A stretch of 25,901 bases of DNA from IMG/VR virus record IMGVR_UViG_3300044849_000027, positions 1-25,901 of that record; one strand, 5' to 3'. Position 1 is the stretch's first letter. The number at the start of each line of letters is the position of its first letter. Position numbers and translations under genes: made by a program. The DNA comes from a virus (Duplodnaviria > Caudoviricetes). This document shows positions 23,751-25,901 of the stretch, piece after piece. The notes under the pieces are model-generated. The model saw only the letters and a list, made by a program, of their open reading frames with translations. It had not been told where the DNA came from and made no database searches.

Positions 23751-25367
23751 TCAAGCGGAACCTGAACCTTTCCGTCCGGCAAGATCGCTCGAGAAGGCCA
23801 CGCCCACCGAGTCGCCTAGGCACTCCGGGGCCTCTCCCTCGATCAGAGCCTTGGCCGCCATGGCAAGCGCCACGGCCGGGTCGATGCGGCCCGCCGAGCG
23901 CTGCTTCACCAGCTTTCGATTGCCGGCGGCGTCGGTCGACACGACGGCGTTGGCGATGGCCATGGTCAGCAGGGGGTTGCCGCCGTGGCGCAGGCGGCCG
24001 CCGAGCACGAGCTCCTCGAGCGCGTCGAGCGCGGGGGCCATGTCCTTGTAGCCCTGGCCGCAGGGCCAGAAGATCGCGGACTCGTCCTGGTCCCACCTCG
24101 CGTCGAGCTGGCCGCCGGCGATCTCGCCCACGTGGAGCAGGAACTCCTCGATCCGCCAGCGGTCGTAGAGCACCCGCTCCACGTCGTAGCGCTCGACCTC
24201 GGCCACGACCTCGCGGGCCAGGTCCGCGATCCGCATCACGTGCCCGGGCATCACGCGCAGGAAGCCCTGCTCGATCCACGTCGAGTACGGCGCCCGGTCG
24301 GTCATCTCGCGCGCGAGGATCGTGCTCGATGGGCTCCAGGCGTAGGGCAGGCAGTGCACCTCTTCGGTGGCTGGGTCTTCGGCCAGGAGCACCAGGGCGG
24401 TCAGGTCGGAGCGCAGCGAGAGATCGAGACCCCCCACCACGCGACCCGTGCGGAAGACCTCGAGGTCGATCGGCCGCGCGCACGCCCGCCAGGTCGCCGC
24501 GTCGAAGAGCCCGGCCTCGGCGCTCACGCGCTGGTTCAGGATCAGGTTGCGGAAGCTGGCCATGAGCGAGGGCGCCTTCGTGGCCCGCTCGTACTGGCGC
24601 CGGATGTCGACCAGCGACCGGGAGTGGCCCGCGCTCGGGTTCGCCTGCAACCAGGCCGCCTCGTCGCCCGGGTCGGCGTCGTCGGGCGCCGCGTGCACCA
24701 TCACGAAGGCGTGCGGGTCGTCCTTCGCCGCGTCGATCTGGATCGAAAACCAGTCCTGATCGCTGGGCGCCTGGGTCGAGATCAGGATCTCGAGCGAGTC
24801 GTCATAGGAGCCCAGCGAGGTCGCGATGTTCTCGCAGAGCGGATCCGAGGGGCCGCGGATCTGCCCCACCTCGTCGCCGATGGCCAGGTAGAGCCCGAAG
24901 CCCACCGAGGTCGACGCCTCCGCGCTCATGGCCACGTACTCGGGCGGCGGCATCCCCTCGTAGCGGTAGCCCACGATCTCGCCGGCGCTCGGCTTGATCC
25001 GCACCAGGTGCTCGAAGCCCGAGGTCTGGATCAGCTTGACGCAGTAGTCGAAGATGATCCGGGCCTGCTTCCTCGAGCGGGCGTGACTCGCGATCCGGGC
25101 GCCCGAGCGGTAGAGCGGGCCGTAGAGCGCGGCGCAGACGATCAGCGCGATGACGAACGTTTTGCCGTTGCGGCGCGCCATGGAGAGGATCGCCGTGCGG
25201 ATCCGCTCGCCGCCCGGGCCGTCACCGAAGGCGCCGGCGAAGAACTCCATCTCCCAGGGCAGGATCTCGATCCGCTTCCCGACGAGTGAGCCCTCGGGCA
25301 CCTTGTGCTGCTCGGCGAACGCCTTGAGAGCGTGCGCGATCTCGACCCCGCGCGAGCGCTTCGCCAT
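23751..25367 (-). CDS. terL: Terminase large subunit
   Basis: LPWE, Walker A ARRNGKT, Walker B AIGDE, ISTQA, nuclease motif GGLDLS..DLTA and RIDPAVALAMA. Confidence 0.95.
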   Translation of the reverse strand: MAKRSRGVEIAHALKAFAEQHKVPEGSLVGKRIEILPWEMEFFAGAFGDGPGGERIRTAILSMARRNGKTFVIALIVCAALYGPLYRSGARIASHARSRKQARIIFDYCVKLIQTSGFEHLVRIKPSAGEIVGYRYEGMPPPEYVAMSAEASTSVGFGLYLAIGDEVGQIRGPSDPLCENIATSLGSYDDSLEILISTQAPSDQDWFSIQIDAAKDDPHAFVMVHAAPDDADPGDEAAWLQANPSAGHSRSLVDIRRQYERATKAPSLMASFRNLILNQRVSAEAGLFDAATWRACARPIDLEVFRTGRVVGGLDLSLRSDLTALVLLAEDPATEEVHCLPYAWSPSSTILAREMTDRAPYSTWIEQGFLRVMPGHVMRIADLAREVVAEVERYDVERVLYDRWRIEEFLLHVGEIAGGQLDARWDQDESAIFWPCGQGYKDMAPALDALEELVLGGRLRHGGNPLLTMAIANAVVSTDAAGNRKLVKQRSAGRIDPAVALAMAAKALIEGEAPECLGDSVGVAFSSDLAGRKGSGSA

Positions 25368-25373
25368 CCCGGT

Positions 25374-25841
25374 CTACTGCACGAACCCAGAGCCCGACCC
25401 GCCGCGACCCTCGCCCAGCGGGTTGTGACCCATGGCCGTGCCCCGTGTCGCGGCCGAGCTCGCCGGCGCCGCGGCCTCGCGTGCGCGCGCGTTCAGGTCG
25501 CGGCTCTTCGGCAGCGTCGAGGTGGCGGTGATGCGCAGCTTCGTCGCGAGCGAGGCCACGACCATCGACTCACGCCGGCGGACGTCCGACCAGGTGAGGA
25601 ACTCCTTCGCGGTGATCCGCTTGCGCTGCAGCTTCTCGCTGGCCCGCTGCACGGCGGCCATGGCCAGGCCGTAGGCGACGAGCTGCCCGGCCTGCAGCCC
25701 GGTGAAGTGGCCCGGCTCGGCGGCGCGGATCAGGGCGGCGGTGTAGGTGCGCGCGAGCTCGTCGCCCCCGAACTGCTCGAGCTTGGGCACGGCGAGACGC
25801 GCGGCCGATGACGCAACGCGTCGCTTCCCCTTCCCCCCCAT
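25374..25841 (-). CDS. terS: Terminase small subunit (putative)
   Basis: 155 aa helical protein immediately upstream of terL, with SLATKLRIT motif and GGAGG RBS. Confidence 0.7.
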   Translation of the reverse strand: MGGKGKRRVASSAARLAVPKLEQFGGDELARTYTAALIRAAEPGHFTGLQAGQLVAYGLAMAAVQRASEKLQRKRITAKEFLTWSDVRRRESMVVASLATKLRITATSTLPKSRDLNARAREAAAPASSAATRGTAMGHNPLGEGRGGSGSGFVQ

Positions 25842-25901
25842 CGCTACCCTCCCCCGAGGCGCGCCCCCTTGGCGATTTTCCCGTGTTACCGAAAAGAAAA
25901 G

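Noticed and set aside
23724-23754. Internal late promoter: perfect TTGACA overlapping the terL stop, within TGACA-N13-TGTCA
   Set aside because: No credible -10 at 16-18 nt spacing. Possible but not supportable.
23074-24483. 945-aa ORF suggesting a protease-capsid fusion
   Set aside because: The upstream part is low-complexity alternative-frame sequence. The protease is in another frame with its own stop at 23085, and the capsid gene has its own AGGAG RBS.
6526-25811. Many long plus-strand ORFs (e.g. 9146-10879, 20066-21961, 23985-25289)
   Set aside because: These are antisense shadows of clear minus-strand genes. The Arg/Gly/Ala-rich translations are typical of high-GC DNA with few stops.

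Overview
A roughly 26 kb high-GC segment of a lambda/HK97-like siphophage or prophage infecting a diderm host. The minus strand from 25841 down to 4077 is one tightly coupled late operon. It runs terS, terL, prohead protease, HK97-fold major capsid, a small protein, portal (unusually placed after the capsid gene), neck genes, tail tube, tail chaperones, an HK97-gp10-like gene, tape measure, lambda-like M, L and K, and a fused I-J. No classical tail fibre follows. Instead there is a putatively exported beta-rich protein, a signal-peptide-bearing formylglycine-type sulfatase, a lysis cassette (holin-like genes, Rz/Rz1-like spanins, a DUF5675-like peptidase) and a signal-peptide protein with an internal PEP-CTERM motif. 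The left end holds a divergent cro/cI-like switch, an early operon of small genes joined by repeated gene-boundary sequences, and a promoter-driven two-gene cassette with a ribbon-helix-helix regulator. No integrase is visible. The most notable observation is the set of exported, cell-surface-type proteins (sulfatase and PEP-CTERM protein) translationally coupled around the lysis genes. All family calls come from motif recognition by eye; no database searches were run.
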